In this document: positions 38,764 through 48,428 of the stretch, piece after piece
How the letters are laid out: each line of letters starts with the position of its first letter
How positions within the stretch are numbered: position 1 is the first letter of the stretch
DNA from: a virus
Lineage: Duplodnaviria; Caudoviricetes
IMG/VR virus record: IMGVR_UViG_3300042292_001176
Coordinates: 1 to 54,059 of that record
Length of the DNA stretch: 54,059 nt
Reading direction: 5' to 3' (one strand)
Program-made: the position numbers and the translations under genes
The notes under the pieces: generated by a model
The model's database searches: none
Seen by the model: only the letters and a program-made list of their open reading frames with translations
What the model was told of the DNA's origin: nothing

Positions 38764-39660
38764 TTACGCCCCAGCATTGGTGTTGTACTTGCGAACGAAC
38801 TCGGCCCAGCCGTACGACTCGGGCAACTCGAACTCTGCCTCCATCTTGACCCGGTGCTTCGTGATCCCCGAGAGGGTCTCGGAGTCGACGGAGAACAGGT
38901 GGCGCTTGCGCTTCTCGGTCACCACCTTGGGCTTGAGCTGAACGGTCTTGCCGTCCTTGACGATGGCGGGCTGCTGGATCTCACGCTGCTCGGTGACCCA
39001 CTCCGAGGACACGGCAGCGACCAACTCGAACAGCGGGTAGAGCCGCTTGTAGAAGCCGTCGGTGATCGTGAGCTCGGGCTTGAAGACGTACCGGTCGTCG
39101 CCCAGGGGGATCTTGGCGTTGACCACGTGACACACAATGTACACGCCGTAACCGTACCGGCGCAAGGTGAGGCACGAATCGATCACCATGTCGTAGAGCT
39201 GGTCCCACGAGCGGCGGCCGTCCATCTCGCGCCAGTCCTTCTTGTCGTTGGACCGGGTGATCCAGTCCTTGAGGACGGGGATCCACGTGCCGAGCGAGTC
39301 GAAGAACACGGTGGCCGGCCGGGGCTGGTTGTTCTTGGCGAGGTTGCAGAGCAGGTCGATCTTCGTCTGGATGGCTTCCCACGTGAGGACGAGGGGCTCT
39401 CCATTCACGTCGATCGGCTGACCCTGCGGGTTGATGCCCGGCCACACGCATGCCTGGGGATCCCCGAGCGTGGACGTGCAGTCCATGTTGCACACCCATG
39501 CGTCCGGGTGGCTCTGGATGAACTGCGACTTGCCCTCGCCGGGCAGCCCACAGATCAGGCCGAAGAGCTTCTCCGGCGGATGGACCATCTTGATGCCTTG
39601 GAATCCAAGGCCCGAGTACCGCTGCTGCGGTAGCTTTCCTGCTGCTGTCGTGACTGACAT
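38764..39660 (-). CDS. Sak4-like AAA ATPase (recombination/annealing)
   Basis: Walker A GLPGEGKS, Walker B VFFDSL, YIVCH. Confidence 0.75.
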   Translation of the reverse strand: MSVTTAAGKLPQQRYSGLGFQGIKMVHPPEKLFGLICGLPGEGKSQFIQSHPDAWVCNMDCTSTLGDPQACVWPGINPQGQPIDVNGEPLVLTWEAIQTKIDLLCNLAKNNQPRPATVFFDSLGTWIPVLKDWITRSNDKKDWREMDGRRSWDQLYDMVIDSCLTLRRYGYGVYIVCHVVNAKIPLGDDRYVFKPELTITDGFYKRLYPLFELVAAVSSEWVTEQREIQQPAIVKDGKTVQLKPKVVTEKRKRHLFSVDSETLSGITKHRVKMEAEFELPESYGWAEFVRKYNTNAGA

Positions 39661-39663
39661 GGC

Positions 39664-40011
39664 TTACTCCTCGAAGCCCGGCATGCGTACGTTGCTAAAG
39701 ACAGACGTAGGTGCCGGGAAGTTGAATGACTGCTGGCGGTGCACGGTCTCGAACGTGTCGTACTCGCTGCGCTGCGCGGGCACAGGCGCGGGCGCGGGCG
39801 GGCGCTTCATGTTCGGCCGGTCGATCTGCACGGTGCGGGTCACCCGGTAGCCGATGGCCTTGAGCCACTCGGTGATGCGGGACTTCGACACCTTGCACTC
39901 GAACACCTTGTTGAACTTGGCGGTGAGATCCCCGATGGACTCGACGCCGTCCTCCAGGACCAAGTCGATCTTCGGCTTGATCACGAGGCGGACGTACTCG
40001 TCCTCGAACAT
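39664..40011 (-). CDS. putative HTH DNA-binding protein
   Basis: SIGDLTAKFNKVFECKVSKSRITEWLKAIG winged-HTH-like pattern. Confidence 0.5.
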   Translation of the reverse strand: MFEDEYVRLVIKPKIDLVLEDGVESIGDLTAKFNKVFECKVSKSRITEWLKAIGYRVTRTVQIDRPNMKRPPAPAPVPAQRSEYDTFETVHRQQSFNFPAPTSVFSNVRMPGFEE

Positions 40012-41435
40012 CACGTGAGGTGTTCGGGTTCGAGGCTCTCGATCATCCCGTCGAACTCGTGCGGTTCCGGTTCGCTTGGCAGTTCGCCCGCGTCCCGATG
40101 GGCGACGAGGAACTGCTGCGTCTGGACCAGCGCCGGCCAGTCCTTCGGCTCGGTCAGGTAGAACGGGCTGTAGTTCGCCAGCTTCGACCCCATCCGGATT
40201 GCGTCGATGTTCTTCAGGAAGTTGCATGGGTTCGCCTCTTGGGTTGCCAGGTTGTAGATCATGGCAACACGGGAAAGGTAGTCGATGCGCCAATCCTTGT
40301 CAAGCATCACCGACGAATGAGTGTACGAAATATTGATCGGGGGGTCGTTCACGAAATCCGGAGCCTTGTCAAGGTATTCAAGTTCACCCCGGTACCAGCG
40401 CATGCACCTGGCCATGTAGTTCGTGAGCGACGGTTCGCCCTGGTAGATCTTCTCAGGCTTCTTGCCGGTGACCTGGTGCAGCACGTTGAGGCACTCTTCC
40501 ATCGTGCCGCAGCACGGCTCCGGGCTGGGCTGGTTCTTGGTCCACTTGATCACGTACTCGCCGAACTCCTGCAGGTGGACGGGGGACCGCATGATGCGGC
40601 CGGAGACGCCGGTGCGCTTGCCGTCGGACTCCCAGTGGAAGTCGCGGTCGGACTGCCCGAACTGGATCGACGGCTTGAGAATGGCCATGTGCATCATGCC
40701 GCCGAGCTGCACGTCCTGTGCCAGGTTGTACTGCTTGTGAAGCAGACCCCGGGCAAAGAACCACTCGAGGGCGTGGAGGTAATGCATGGTCTGGAACTCC
40801 TCCTTCACCGTCGACAACCGGATCAGTGGGGGTGACGCGGTCGTCTTCGCGTCCACGATCCAGAGCTTGTTGGTCTTGCGGTTGAGCAGGAGCAGGTCGA
40901 ACTGCGCGACCTGGCGGGTCTTCGGGAACCGCTCGTCGATCCACGTGAGCCGGACCTCGGCGCCGAGCTTGACGAAGTTGTCGGAGAGGGTGTCGAGCGC
41001 GCTCTGGTTGTTGATGCAGGGCAGGTTCTCGAAGGCGTTGTACCAGGCGGAGGCGTAGGCCTGGTCGATCTGCTCGTTCTGGATCGCGTCGGCCCGGTGG
41101 GATTCGGCGATCCGCAGCTCCTTGCAGATGTTGTTGATCTCGGCAAGGCGGGCAGAGCACTGGCGCTTGAAGATCTGCCAGCGATCATCGCGGTCGTAGA
41201 GGGCGAACAGGGTGTGGAAGTAGGAGCCCCGCGACAGGGCCTCGGAGTAGGAGAGCGCGGGGATCAGGCCGAGCCGGCGGCGGATGTAGTAGCCGAAGGG
41301 ATCGGAGAGGGCGGAGCTGTAGTCGGATGAGCGGATGGAGGGAATCCGGGGCACGAGGCCTTCGGACTCGAGGTACTGCCGGGCGCTTCTGGCACGGTCA
41401 GTCGGGAGGGGGAGCGGTGTCGTTTCGGGTGGCAT
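40011..41435 (-). CDS. PD-(D/E)xK (RecB/Cas4-like) exonuclease
   Basis: RGSYFH, QFDLL, IVDAKTT, Q..HY motifs. Confidence 0.75.
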   Translation of the reverse strand: MPPETTPLPLPTDRARSARQYLESEGLVPRIPSIRSSDYSSALSDPFGYYIRRRLGLIPALSYSEALSRGSYFHTLFALYDRDDRWQIFKRQCSARLAEINNICKELRIAESHRADAIQNEQIDQAYASAWYNAFENLPCINNQSALDTLSDNFVKLGAEVRLTWIDERFPKTRQVAQFDLLLLNRKTNKLWIVDAKTTASPPLIRLSTVKEEFQTMHYLHALEWFFARGLLHKQYNLAQDVQLGGMMHMAILKPSIQFGQSDRDFHWESDGKRTGVSGRIMRSPVHLQEFGEYVIKWTKNQPSPEPCCGTMEECLNVLHQVTGKKPEKIYQGEPSLTNYMARCMRWYRGELEYLDKAPDFVNDPPINISYTHSSVMLDKDWRIDYLSRVAMIYNLATQEANPCNFLKNIDAIRMGSKLANYSPFYLTEPKDWPALVQTQQFLVAHRDAGELPSEPEPHEFDGMIESLEPEHLT

Positions 41436-41934
41436 CTTGTTCCTGTCCTGTGAACTTGTCCCTGATCTTGACGAGTCGGTTGTACACGGATTGCGGGGAC
41501 TTCAATCCGAGGACCGATGCAATGCGGGTCATGGTGTACCCGTCATGGCGTAGACGTATGATGGTCCATTCCTCCTCGGTCAGGTCGGGGATCTCCAGAC
41601 GGTGCATCCGAACCTCGACCGAGATGTCTTCACAAAGTGTATCAGTTGTCACGGGGATCTTCAAGCGAGGTCCCGACGACGTGAACCGGAATCCGTTCGA
41701 GGTCCAGTAGCTGTAGTGGACGGCGCCCCAAAGGAACGACTTGAGGAAGGTGACGACCGTGGATTTGGATGGGTCGTAGACCGTGGCCAGGAGCCGGTCG
41801 GTATGGAGGTAGGCTTCGCTCAGGATCTCGTGCTTGTCCCAGAGGGGGAAGCGCTTCTTGCGATGGGCGTCGTAGGCCCACATCGTGAGGAAGCCCATGT
41901 GGTCCCGCGCATCCCGGCTCCGGTTGATCTCCAC
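41398..41934 (-). CDS. sigma-70/ECF-like transcription factor
   Basis: YDPSKS...TF (region 2-like) and LTEEE..II.LR..GYTMTRIA..LG (region 4 HTH). Confidence 0.65.
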   Translation of the reverse strand: MEINRSRDARDHMGFLTMWAYDAHRKKRFPLWDKHEILSEAYLHTDRLLATVYDPSKSTVVTFLKSFLWGAVHYSYWTSNGFRFTSSGPRLKIPVTTDTLCEDISVEVRMHRLEIPDLTEEEWTIIRLRHDGYTMTRIASVLGLKSPQSVYNRLVKIRDKFTGQEQDATRNDTAPPPD

Positions 41935-41943
41935 CTCATCCTC

Positions 41944-42168
41944 CTACTCCTTCACGAAGCTTGGAGGAACAAGGTACCAACCTTCTGGAATCGTGATCCG
42001 GTTCTGGGACAAGGTCCACTCACCGTTGATCCGGTGGTACACCTTGATCGCGCTGTTGGGTCCCGTCCGCATCGGAGACTCTTCCGGCACGAAGACGGTC
42101 CTGCTGCTGCATCCAGTCACGAATGCGCTGACCGCCACGAGCAAGAGTGTCCCGGTCAGGATCAGCAT
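41944..42168 (-). CDS. lipoprotein, o-spanin candidate
   Basis: signal peptide with lipobox VTGC; overlaps the upstream gene in another frame; start uncertain. Confidence 0.55.
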   Translation of the reverse strand: MLILTGTLLLVAVSAFVTGCSSRTVFVPEESPMRTGPNSAIKVYHRINGEWTLSQNRITIPEGWYLVPPSFVKE

Positions 42169-42253
42169 CAACCGCACTGTTGCCAGCTTGGATTCGACGG
42201 TCCAGCCACGAGATAAGGGCAATCGTGATCTGTGCGACGATGCGTTCGAGCAC
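42020..42253 (-). CDS. small membrane protein, i-spanin candidate
   Basis: GGAG RBS; hydrophobic N-terminus; overlaps the lipoprotein gene as in Rz/Rz1. Confidence 0.45.
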   Translation of the reverse strand: MLERIVAQITIALISWLDRRIQAGNSAVDADPDRDTLARGGQRIRDWMQQQDRLRAGRVSDADGTQQRDQGVPPDQR

Positions 42254-42290
42254 GGGGAGTTCTCCGAGTACCAGTCGTCGTAACCCTGGG

Positions 42291-42491
42291 TCACTTGGCC
42301 CCCACTGCCTCGCTGCTCACGTTGTTGTCCCGGGCGAAGAACCCGATGCCAGCCACGCCAAGCGCAGCGAACACAGCCTGCAGGTTGAACACGGTCTCGG
42401 GATCGGTGTCAAGCAGGTACGAGACCTGGGTCGCGATGATGCCGATGGCGGTGAGGATTCCGACGGCGGTGGTCTTCCAGCTGCCCTTCAT
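42291..42491 (-). CDS. putative holin
   Basis: SWKTT..G N-terminus, two TM segments, F.ARD C-terminal motif. Confidence 0.6.
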   Translation of the reverse strand: MKGSWKTTAVGILTAIGIIATQVSYLLDTDPETVFNLQAVFAALGVAGIGFFARDNNVSSEAVGAK

Positions 42492-42757
42492 TGCTTGCTC
42501 CGTTCGAGGCGGTCAAGACGGGCGGCAAGGTCACGCAACCTTTCGTCCGTCTGTTGGTCTTTCATGGTACTCACGACCTGGGCCTTGGCCAAGTCCGAGA
42601 CGATGCTGCTCAGCTCCTTGACCTGCTCGGTGGTTGTCTCGAGCTGCTGATCCTTCTTCCCCATGTGGAGGAGGATGGTCCCGATGCCGATGCAGATCGC
42701 GACGAACTGTGCCCATGAGGCGACCAGTTGCGAGGATTGCTTCGTCTCCGGTGTCAT
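42488..42757 (-). CDS. single-TM coiled-coil protein (holin-like)
   Basis: one TM segment followed by a coiled coil ending RLDRLE. Confidence 0.55.
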   Translation of the reverse strand: MTPETKQSSQLVASWAQFVAICIGIGTILLHMGKKDQQLETTTEQVKELSSIVSDLAKAQVVSTMKDQQTDERLRDLAARLDRLERSKQ

Positions 42758-43152
42758 CCGAGGATCTCCCCCTTGCGCTGCTCGGTGAGGAGACCGGCGG
42801 ACACGAGGTAGTCCATGCCGGCCACGGTCTGCGGATCGTTGCTCACGATCTCCTGTGCGGCAGTGGCCAGCGTGAGGAACCGCCAGGTGATGGGGTCCGT
42901 GTTCGCCGCCGTGCGAATCCCAAGGAGCTCGGCCTCGGTGAACCGCAGCAGGAACTGGTACGCAGTCCACACGCGGGGAACAACGGGCGGCTTGAATCGG
43001 GGGGTCTCACCGGGCGCGTAGGTCCAGCCCTTGTCCGGGAACTCGTCGGCCTGAAGCTCGATCTTGTGCGGAGCCGGAGTCGGGGGGACATCGTGTTCCC
43101 GAACAAAAAGAACGACGTTCTCAGTCAGGTTGACGTATGCGTACCAACTCAT
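42754..43152 (-). CDS. tail-fibre-associated (assembly chaperone-like) protein
   Basis: FLLRFT.AE...DP...G...L...GLLT..R..EIL motif; directly after the fibre gene. Confidence 0.6.
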   Translation of the reverse strand: MSWYAYVNLTENVVLFVREHDVPPTPAPHKIELQADEFPDKGWTYAPGETPRFKPPVVPRVWTAYQFLLRFTEAELLGIRTAANTDPITWRFLTLATAAQEIVSNDPQTVAGMDYLVSAGLLTEQRKGEILG

Positions 43153-44048
43153 CGCGTGACCTCCGTCAAGATGCTGAGATGATCGACTTCGACTCGTCCT
43201 GCGCCACCGTTGCCGCCGGAACGGATGCAGACATGGGGCGCGAAGAAGCTAGAGGAGGTCATGTCGATGTTGTAGGTGGTCATTAGGGTTACGGTCGTAA
43301 TGGTGTGTACCGTTGCCCCACCGATCTTGATGGTGTAGGTAATCACACCCGCATTGTATTGCGTGAGGATCTGGATCGTGCGCCACGCCGCGTTCTTGAG
43401 GACACCAGTGCTGAAGTCGACGTAACTGATGGTTGACATCTCGGCATCAACCCCTGTGTATCGAACGGTCCAGTTGGAAAGATCCTTGGTCATGTAGACC
43501 GCGATGCCTGTAACTCCGTACCCAGAGACCTGAGAGTGGAAGTCGGCGCCATCTCCGAAGCAGACACCCACTTCAAATGGGTTTCCTGCTGTAGGAAGGG
43601 TAGGCACACGAACCACGGCAGTGACAGTGTTTACCAACTGCTGCGAAGCGGCGCATCGGTAGTTCATACCGTCGATGCGCGTGAAGCCGCCGAGGCTGGC
43701 GGTGTTGGTGGATGAGATTCCAAATCCACCGACAGCCGTGGCGGTAAGCCCAACGTCCAGAGCTCCGGCGCGATCAACGTACGCCCCGTAAGTCTGAGAG
43801 GTCACGGGGCGTACGTATGCAGCTCCTTGGATGTAGCTTTGGAAATCGCCGAGACCGTAGCCTTCGGTAACTGCGTATGCCTGAGTGATCGGTGGAACTC
43901 CGCCGCCGCCGCCGACCTCGACGCCGCCGGCGGTGGTGCCGTCGCCGATGTACAGCTTCTTGGTGTCGGTGGCGAAGATCGGCTCGCCCTGTAAGGGAGT
44001 AAGCGCGAGTCGATCGTTGTTGTTTCCACGACGGATCTGTAGAGGCAT
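43149..44048 (-). CDS. tail fibre / receptor-binding protein with an Mtd_N-like N-terminus
   Basis: LQIRRG...P.QGEP.F.TDTKKLYIGDGTT.GG; beta-rich C-terminus. Confidence 0.7.
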   Translation of the reverse strand: MPLQIRRGNNNDRLALTPLQGEPIFATDTKKLYIGDGTTAGGVEVGGGGGVPPITQAYAVTEGYGLGDFQSYIQGAAYVRPVTSQTYGAYVDRAGALDVGLTATAVGGFGISSTNTASLGGFTRIDGMNYRCAASQQLVNTVTAVVRVPTLPTAGNPFEVGVCFGDGADFHSQVSGYGVTGIAVYMTKDLSNWTVRYTGVDAEMSTISYVDFSTGVLKNAAWRTIQILTQYNAGVITYTIKIGGATVHTITTVTLMTTYNIDMTSSSFFAPHVCIRSGGNGGAGRVEVDHLSILTEVTR

Positions 44049-44057
44049 GGTTGATCC

Positions 44058-44605
44058 TTAGAGGACGTTGAAGTCTTCGTTGAAGGCAGCAGGAGAAGTG
44101 AAGGTTCCGTAATCTCGGTTGGTTCCAAGAGGATAGAAGATAAATCCGTAGTCCCAGCCCGCTGGCAACATCTGCAGCGTGAACGTGTTGAGCACGATGT
44201 TGGCATCGGAGACGTTCTGGATCTGGTAGACGTTCGCGCCAGGGACGGAAAGGTCGGCCGCGAATCCGAAGTTGTAGTTGTCCGGGACCGTGATGGTCGC
44301 GCTTGTGTTCAGCGTGAAGTTGAGAACAGTCCACGAACCTGGGTTGACCGAGTAATCCCCTGGGTTCAGGCGACCCGAGCTGATCTTGTAGTACACCGTT
44401 GCCGCAACACCAGAGGTCTGCACCAACCGGATGTCGATCGACGAATCAACACCCGTGATCTTCATCGTGTTGCTGTGCGGGTTAGTTCCCTCGTAGTACG
44501 AGAGCGTCGAGTCGGAGTAGATATAGAACGGGTCGGGTGTAAAGTCACCGACCGGAAGCGACGGCACAATCCTGGGGCGGTAGCTCCGCACCGTGATCCA
44601 CGCCA
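44058..44605 (-). CDS. putative virion/tail protein
   Basis: beta-rich; C-terminal DYG..DYGTF motif; start 44605 or 44633. Confidence 0.55.
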
Positions 44606-44636
44606 TGGGCTGTGCTCGAGATCGTCGCCTCATGAT

Positions 44637-45563
44637 TCACCCCAGGAAAACACCAACCAGGAAGTAGTGGATCTTGCCGCTGCCAACGGATGATGCGCCA
44701 GTCTGTGCATCCATTGTCACGACGGGCAAGTTCGTTGCCGAAGCCAAGTGGCTGACAACGATCTCTTCGCAACCCATGGTCGAGAACTCGAGGCCCGCGC
44801 CAACGAAGACCGAGCTTGCCGAATTGAGGGTTGCAGCGAAAACGCTAGCGGCGTTTGTAACGGCACTGCCTGCCGTGGTGTTGGCACCAACGGAAAGATC
44901 CGGAGGAAGTTGGTATCCGGCACCGATTCCGACTGCGCTTGCCGTGCTTCGGGGAGTGGAGACGGGGGCTCCAAAGCTACCAACCGTCGTAGCAAGAGCG
45001 TTGTTGGTGGGCCAAAAGGTCGCGTAGGGCGGAAGCGCAGTCCAGATTCCTTCGTTCGAGAAGTCCGGAGTAGTAGACGCGCTGGGGGTTTCCTTCAGGA
45101 TGAGGTCTCGAGGTAGGCAACGAATCGTGGAAGGCCCAACCGGAGAGTTGTCCTTGCTCTGCGGGAACCTACCGAACGGCATCACGATTGGAGCCGTGTA
45201 GCCGGTGGGCCAGGAGGCAGTGCTAAAGGACGTGGGAACTGATTCGCCCGACAGCACGAAGTTGGTGGTGGAAACCACGTACATCGGGAAGACGTAGAGC
45301 CGGTCGTAGGCGTTCGGAACCTTGACCGGGAAGTGGTTGTCCTGATTGCGGATGGTCCACGGTTGGAACCTCGAAGCAAGCAGGGGGGTCGTGAGCGAGG
45401 GGGCAGTGATAACTGTGGTACCGGAGGTCGAACCGTTGGTTCGAGCTTGTCCAGCGTTGCCGTAGTACAGGACGAACGGCTGCGAGGCAAGGGTGGCAAT
45501 CGCGCCGAATCCCCAGTTGGCTGGTTCAACTGCACGGAATGTCTGAATCGGGTTGTTCGGCAT
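44637..45563 (-). CDS. putative virion protein
   Basis: S/T/A/P-rich 308 aa; GGAG RBS. Confidence 0.55.
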   Translation of the reverse strand: MPNNPIQTFRAVEPANWGFGAIATLASQPFVLYYGNAGQARTNGSTSGTTVITAPSLTTPLLASRFQPWTIRNQDNHFPVKVPNAYDRLYVFPMYVVSTTNFVLSGESVPTSFSTASWPTGYTAPIVMPFGRFPQSKDNSPVGPSTIRCLPRDLILKETPSASTTPDFSNEGIWTALPPYATFWPTNNALATTVGSFGAPVSTPRSTASAVGIGAGYQLPPDLSVGANTTAGSAVTNAASVFAATLNSASSVFVGAGLEFSTMGCEEIVVSHLASATNLPVVTMDAQTGASSVGSGKIHYFLVGVFLG

Positions 45564-46074
45564 GGGTGATGGCTCCGTTGATCAGGAGTCTTGCGACTTC
45601 TTCCCCCACTGATCTGCGCTGTTCGGGGGTGGCGGCTGGAAGGTAGAGGATCTGGATGTGGCGTTCAAGACAGATGCGGTGAAGGGCGTCGACCACCAGC
45701 CATGGGTCCACATCGAGCTGGCTTCTGGCCGTCCTGACCAGGTGGCCGATCGTCCCTTCAAGGATGAGTATCGGATGGGCGCACTCGGATCGCAGCCGGT
45801 CACAGGCCTTGACGAATCGCTCGCGACCAGTGGGGGTGAGCAGGTTCGAGAAGAGCTCGGGCAGGTGCTTCTTGCGCTCGATCAGGACCTTGGACTCGAA
45901 GCCTTCTAGGGCGTAGTCGCCGGTCTGTAATCGTTTCTTGACGACCGTAAGTGAAACGGTGCAGGACCGCTTGTCCGTAGGGACATGGGCATCGTCGAGC
46001 ATGACGATGTTGGCCGGGAAGATGAGGGGCGTCTTCTCCCGGTCGTCCTGGAGGATGGTCCAGCTGCGCTTCAA
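45526..46074 (-). CDS. ERCC4-domain nuclease (resolvase-like)
   Basis: DDREKTP, LQTGDY, LIERK, LILEG. Confidence 0.8.
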   Translation of the reverse strand: MKRSWTILQDDREKTPLIFPANIVMLDDAHVPTDKRSCTVSLTVVKKRLQTGDYALEGFESKVLIERKKHLPELFSNLLTPTGRERFVKACDRLRSECAHPILILEGTIGHLVRTARSQLDVDPWLVVDALHRICLERHIQILYLPAATPEQRRSVGEEVARLLINGAITHAEQPDSDIPCS

Positions 46075-46361
46075 CCGACGACAGCCTTGGTCTCCCGGTC
46101 CACCCGGGACAGGATCTCCTTGATCCGGCACTCGGCGATGCGGAAGGCGGACGCGATCTCGGGGATGGTGAGGACCCGGGAAGCACGGACGATCTGCTTC
46201 TCGATGCGACCGCCGGGAGTGACGATCGGGTTGGTGGGTACACCGTGGCGGCGGGCCAGGTCGAAGACCCGCTTGCGGGAGAGGCCGACCTCATCGGCTA
46301 CCTCTGCTGCGTTGACTCCACGGTTGAGAAGGGCGACGACCTTGCGATGGTTGGCTTGCAT
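46071..46361 (-). CDS. HTH DNA-binding protein
   Basis: two HTH-like units (AAEVADEVGLSRKRV; IPEIASAFRIAECRI). Confidence 0.65.
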   Translation of the reverse strand: MQANHRKVVALLNRGVNAAEVADEVGLSRKRVFDLARRHGVPTNPIVTPGGRIEKQIVRASRVLTIPEIASAFRIAECRIKEILSRVDRETKAVVG

Positions 46362-46364
46362 GGT

Positions 46365-48428
46365 TCAGGTGTAGATGGTGCGTTCGTAGCGGATCGGAAC
46401 AGATCGACCCAGCAGCTGGCACAGTCTAGCCCAATATCCCTGGGTTGTCACGTAGGTGAAGGCGTCACGGAACAGGGTGTCGAGGCGGTCAACAGCGGTG
46501 TCGCTACGGCAATCGAAGTAGATGGCGTCGTACACGTTGAGGAACATGAGGATGTCAGGGGATGGTGCGTTGATGGAGGGGAGGGTGCGGTGCAGCTGGT
46601 GCTGGATGCGGAGCAGGACGTTGCCGGCCGTGCATTGGATGGGCATGTTCACGATCTCGGAGATGTCGTAGGCATCGCCACCCATGAAGCGACGGGACTG
46701 CCCGATGAGGGGGAGCGCCACGTACCCACGGGCACGGGTCTCCCGGATCAGGGTCTCTTGCCAGTGCCACAGGCCAGGGCGCGAGGCGGAGCGGGTCTTC
46801 ACGATGTTCTCGCAGATGGACATGGGCACGACGACGCCGGTCATCTTGAAGACTTGGGTCTGGAGGGTGGGCGCGCCGGCACGGAAGAGGTCGCCGAAGT
46901 TGGCACCCTTGGCGGCCTGGCGGTACACCTTCTTGAAGTCAGGGTTCTCCTTGATGTCGGGCCCGAAGACCTGGACGGCACGGCTGGTGTGCAGGTCGAG
47001 GGGTGGGTCGGCACGGAAGGCAGCGAGGAGGTCGGCGTCACCGGATAAGAGGCCGGCCACGACCATCTCGATCTGAGACAGGTCGTACCCGACGATGTGG
47101 CCCCGGGTCCAACGGCTCCGGTAGAACTTCTTGATCTCGTCGGGGTCGGTCTGATGCCGGAAGTTCTTGCAGGTGATGCGGCCCTGCAGGGTACCACCCT
47201 CGCCGCCGGCCCCGTCCTTCGAGGCAGTGGGGGTGACGAACCACGTGGGATAGGAGACCCCCACTGGACTGTTGGGCCGGGCCACGAGGCGGGAGGATTT
47301 GTTGGTGGGGTCCATCCGCTGGTGACGGAGCAGCGGGTAGAGGTAGGAGGAGAGGAGCTTCTGGTGGGAGGAGTAGGTGCCGAGCAGGTTGAGCTGGTCC
47401 GCGAGATCAGTGGGGGGCTGGAAGCTGAGGAAGAGCTGGCGGTTCACGTCGTTGACCGCGATCTCCTTCTTGGTTTCGGTGAGCTGGAACAGGGGGTGGG
47501 ATCGGATGGCCGGGTCACGGTTGTGCTCGATCCAGGTGCAGGCCGATTGCATCAGGGCCAGTTTGGACTTGGCACTTCCTGGCCCGGTGAGTACGAGTCC
47601 GAGGGAGGCAGCGGCATCTTCAGCATCCCGCATCCGGGACACCACGGATTGCTCGAGTTCGGATAGGCCCGCCCGGTCCATAGGCACTCCTGATTCCGAC
47701 ATGCGGACCACTGTCCAGATGGTGTCGGAGTAGTGGGTGATGCACTCGGGCGAGAGCTTGTCGGTGTCGGGGTAGTCGGTGCGGATCCGGCGGCCGAGTT
47801 CGGTGCAGGCAAGCAGGGTGTTGTGGGTGTCGGCTGCGTTGTACCGGTGGAGTTCGGGGTCACGGGCGTCGTGGTATTTCTTGTCACGGTCGAGTTGCTC
47901 CTTGGGGTAGGCGTGGGTTCCGAGGATGGGACCGAGGGCTTTGAGTGAGCGCTCGGGCCGGAGCTCGGAGTGCAGGTAGTTGAGGACCGAGAGGTCGATC
48001 AGGGTTTGGTGTTCGAGGTGGAAGCGGAGGTCGGGCTGGGATCGGAGGTACAGGAGGTCGAACTGCAGGTTCATTCCGAGGATGGTTCGGGAGTGGGCGA
48101 GCCATCGGGCGAGGTGCTTGCGGTGGGCGGGGATGTGAAGCTGGAAGACGAAGGTGGGACCGGGACGGAGGTGGGCCAGGTCACCATCACGATCGGCAAC
48201 GGTGACGGAAACGGTTTGAACCAGATCGCGGATGGGGCATCCGTCCACGTCGACGGATCGAGCGGGGTGGAAGACGGACTGGGTGGGGAGGAGTCGGCCG
48301 GCTGCGGTGAATCGGGTGATGCCATAGGTCTCGATGTCCAGGCTAATGGTGCGGGGGTCGGGGCGGCTGGATGTCGGGGTCGGTGGGGACAGGGGCGCAG
48401 CCACGGATGGTGGAGGAGAGGAGTTCAA
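46365..48428 (-). CDS. polA: DNA polymerase, family A, with 3'-5' exonuclease
   Basis: ExoI LDIET, ExoII N..FD, ExoIII YNAAD, motif A DLSQIE, motif B RQAAKGANFG, motif C VYDA. Confidence 0.9.
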   Translation of the reverse strand: MNSSPPPSVAAPLSPPTPTSSRPDPRTISLDIETYGITRFTAAGRLLPTQSVFHPARSVDVDGCPIRDLVQTVSVTVADRDGDLAHLRPGPTFVFQLHIPAHRKHLARWLAHSRTILGMNLQFDLLYLRSQPDLRFHLEHQTLIDLSVLNYLHSELRPERSLKALGPILGTHAYPKEQLDRDKKYHDARDPELHRYNAADTHNTLLACTELGRRIRTDYPDTDKLSPECITHYSDTIWTVVRMSESGVPMDRAGLSELEQSVVSRMRDAEDAAASLGLVLTGPGSAKSKLALMQSACTWIEHNRDPAIRSHPLFQLTETKKEIAVNDVNRQLFLSFQPPTDLADQLNLLGTYSSHQKLLSSYLYPLLRHQRMDPTNKSSRLVARPNSPVGVSYPTWFVTPTASKDGAGGEGGTLQGRITCKNFRHQTDPDEIKKFYRSRWTRGHIVGYDLSQIEMVVAGLLSGDADLLAAFRADPPLDLHTSRAVQVFGPDIKENPDFKKVYRQAAKGANFGDLFRAGAPTLQTQVFKMTGVVVPMSICENIVKTRSASRPGLWHWQETLIRETRARGYVALPLIGQSRRFMGGDAYDISEIVNMPIQCTAGNVLLRIQHQLHRTLPSINAPSPDILMFLNVYDAIYFDCRSDTAVDRLDTLFRDAFTYVTTQGYWARLCQLLGRSVPIRYERTIYT

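Noticed and set aside
40011-41435. Cas4 / CRISPR-associated function
   Set aside because: No array or other cas genes; the context is a Sak4/SSB recombination module
43149-44048. Diversity-generating retroelement suggested by the Mtd_N-like fibre
   Set aside because: No reverse transcriptase and no TR/VR repeat pair seen
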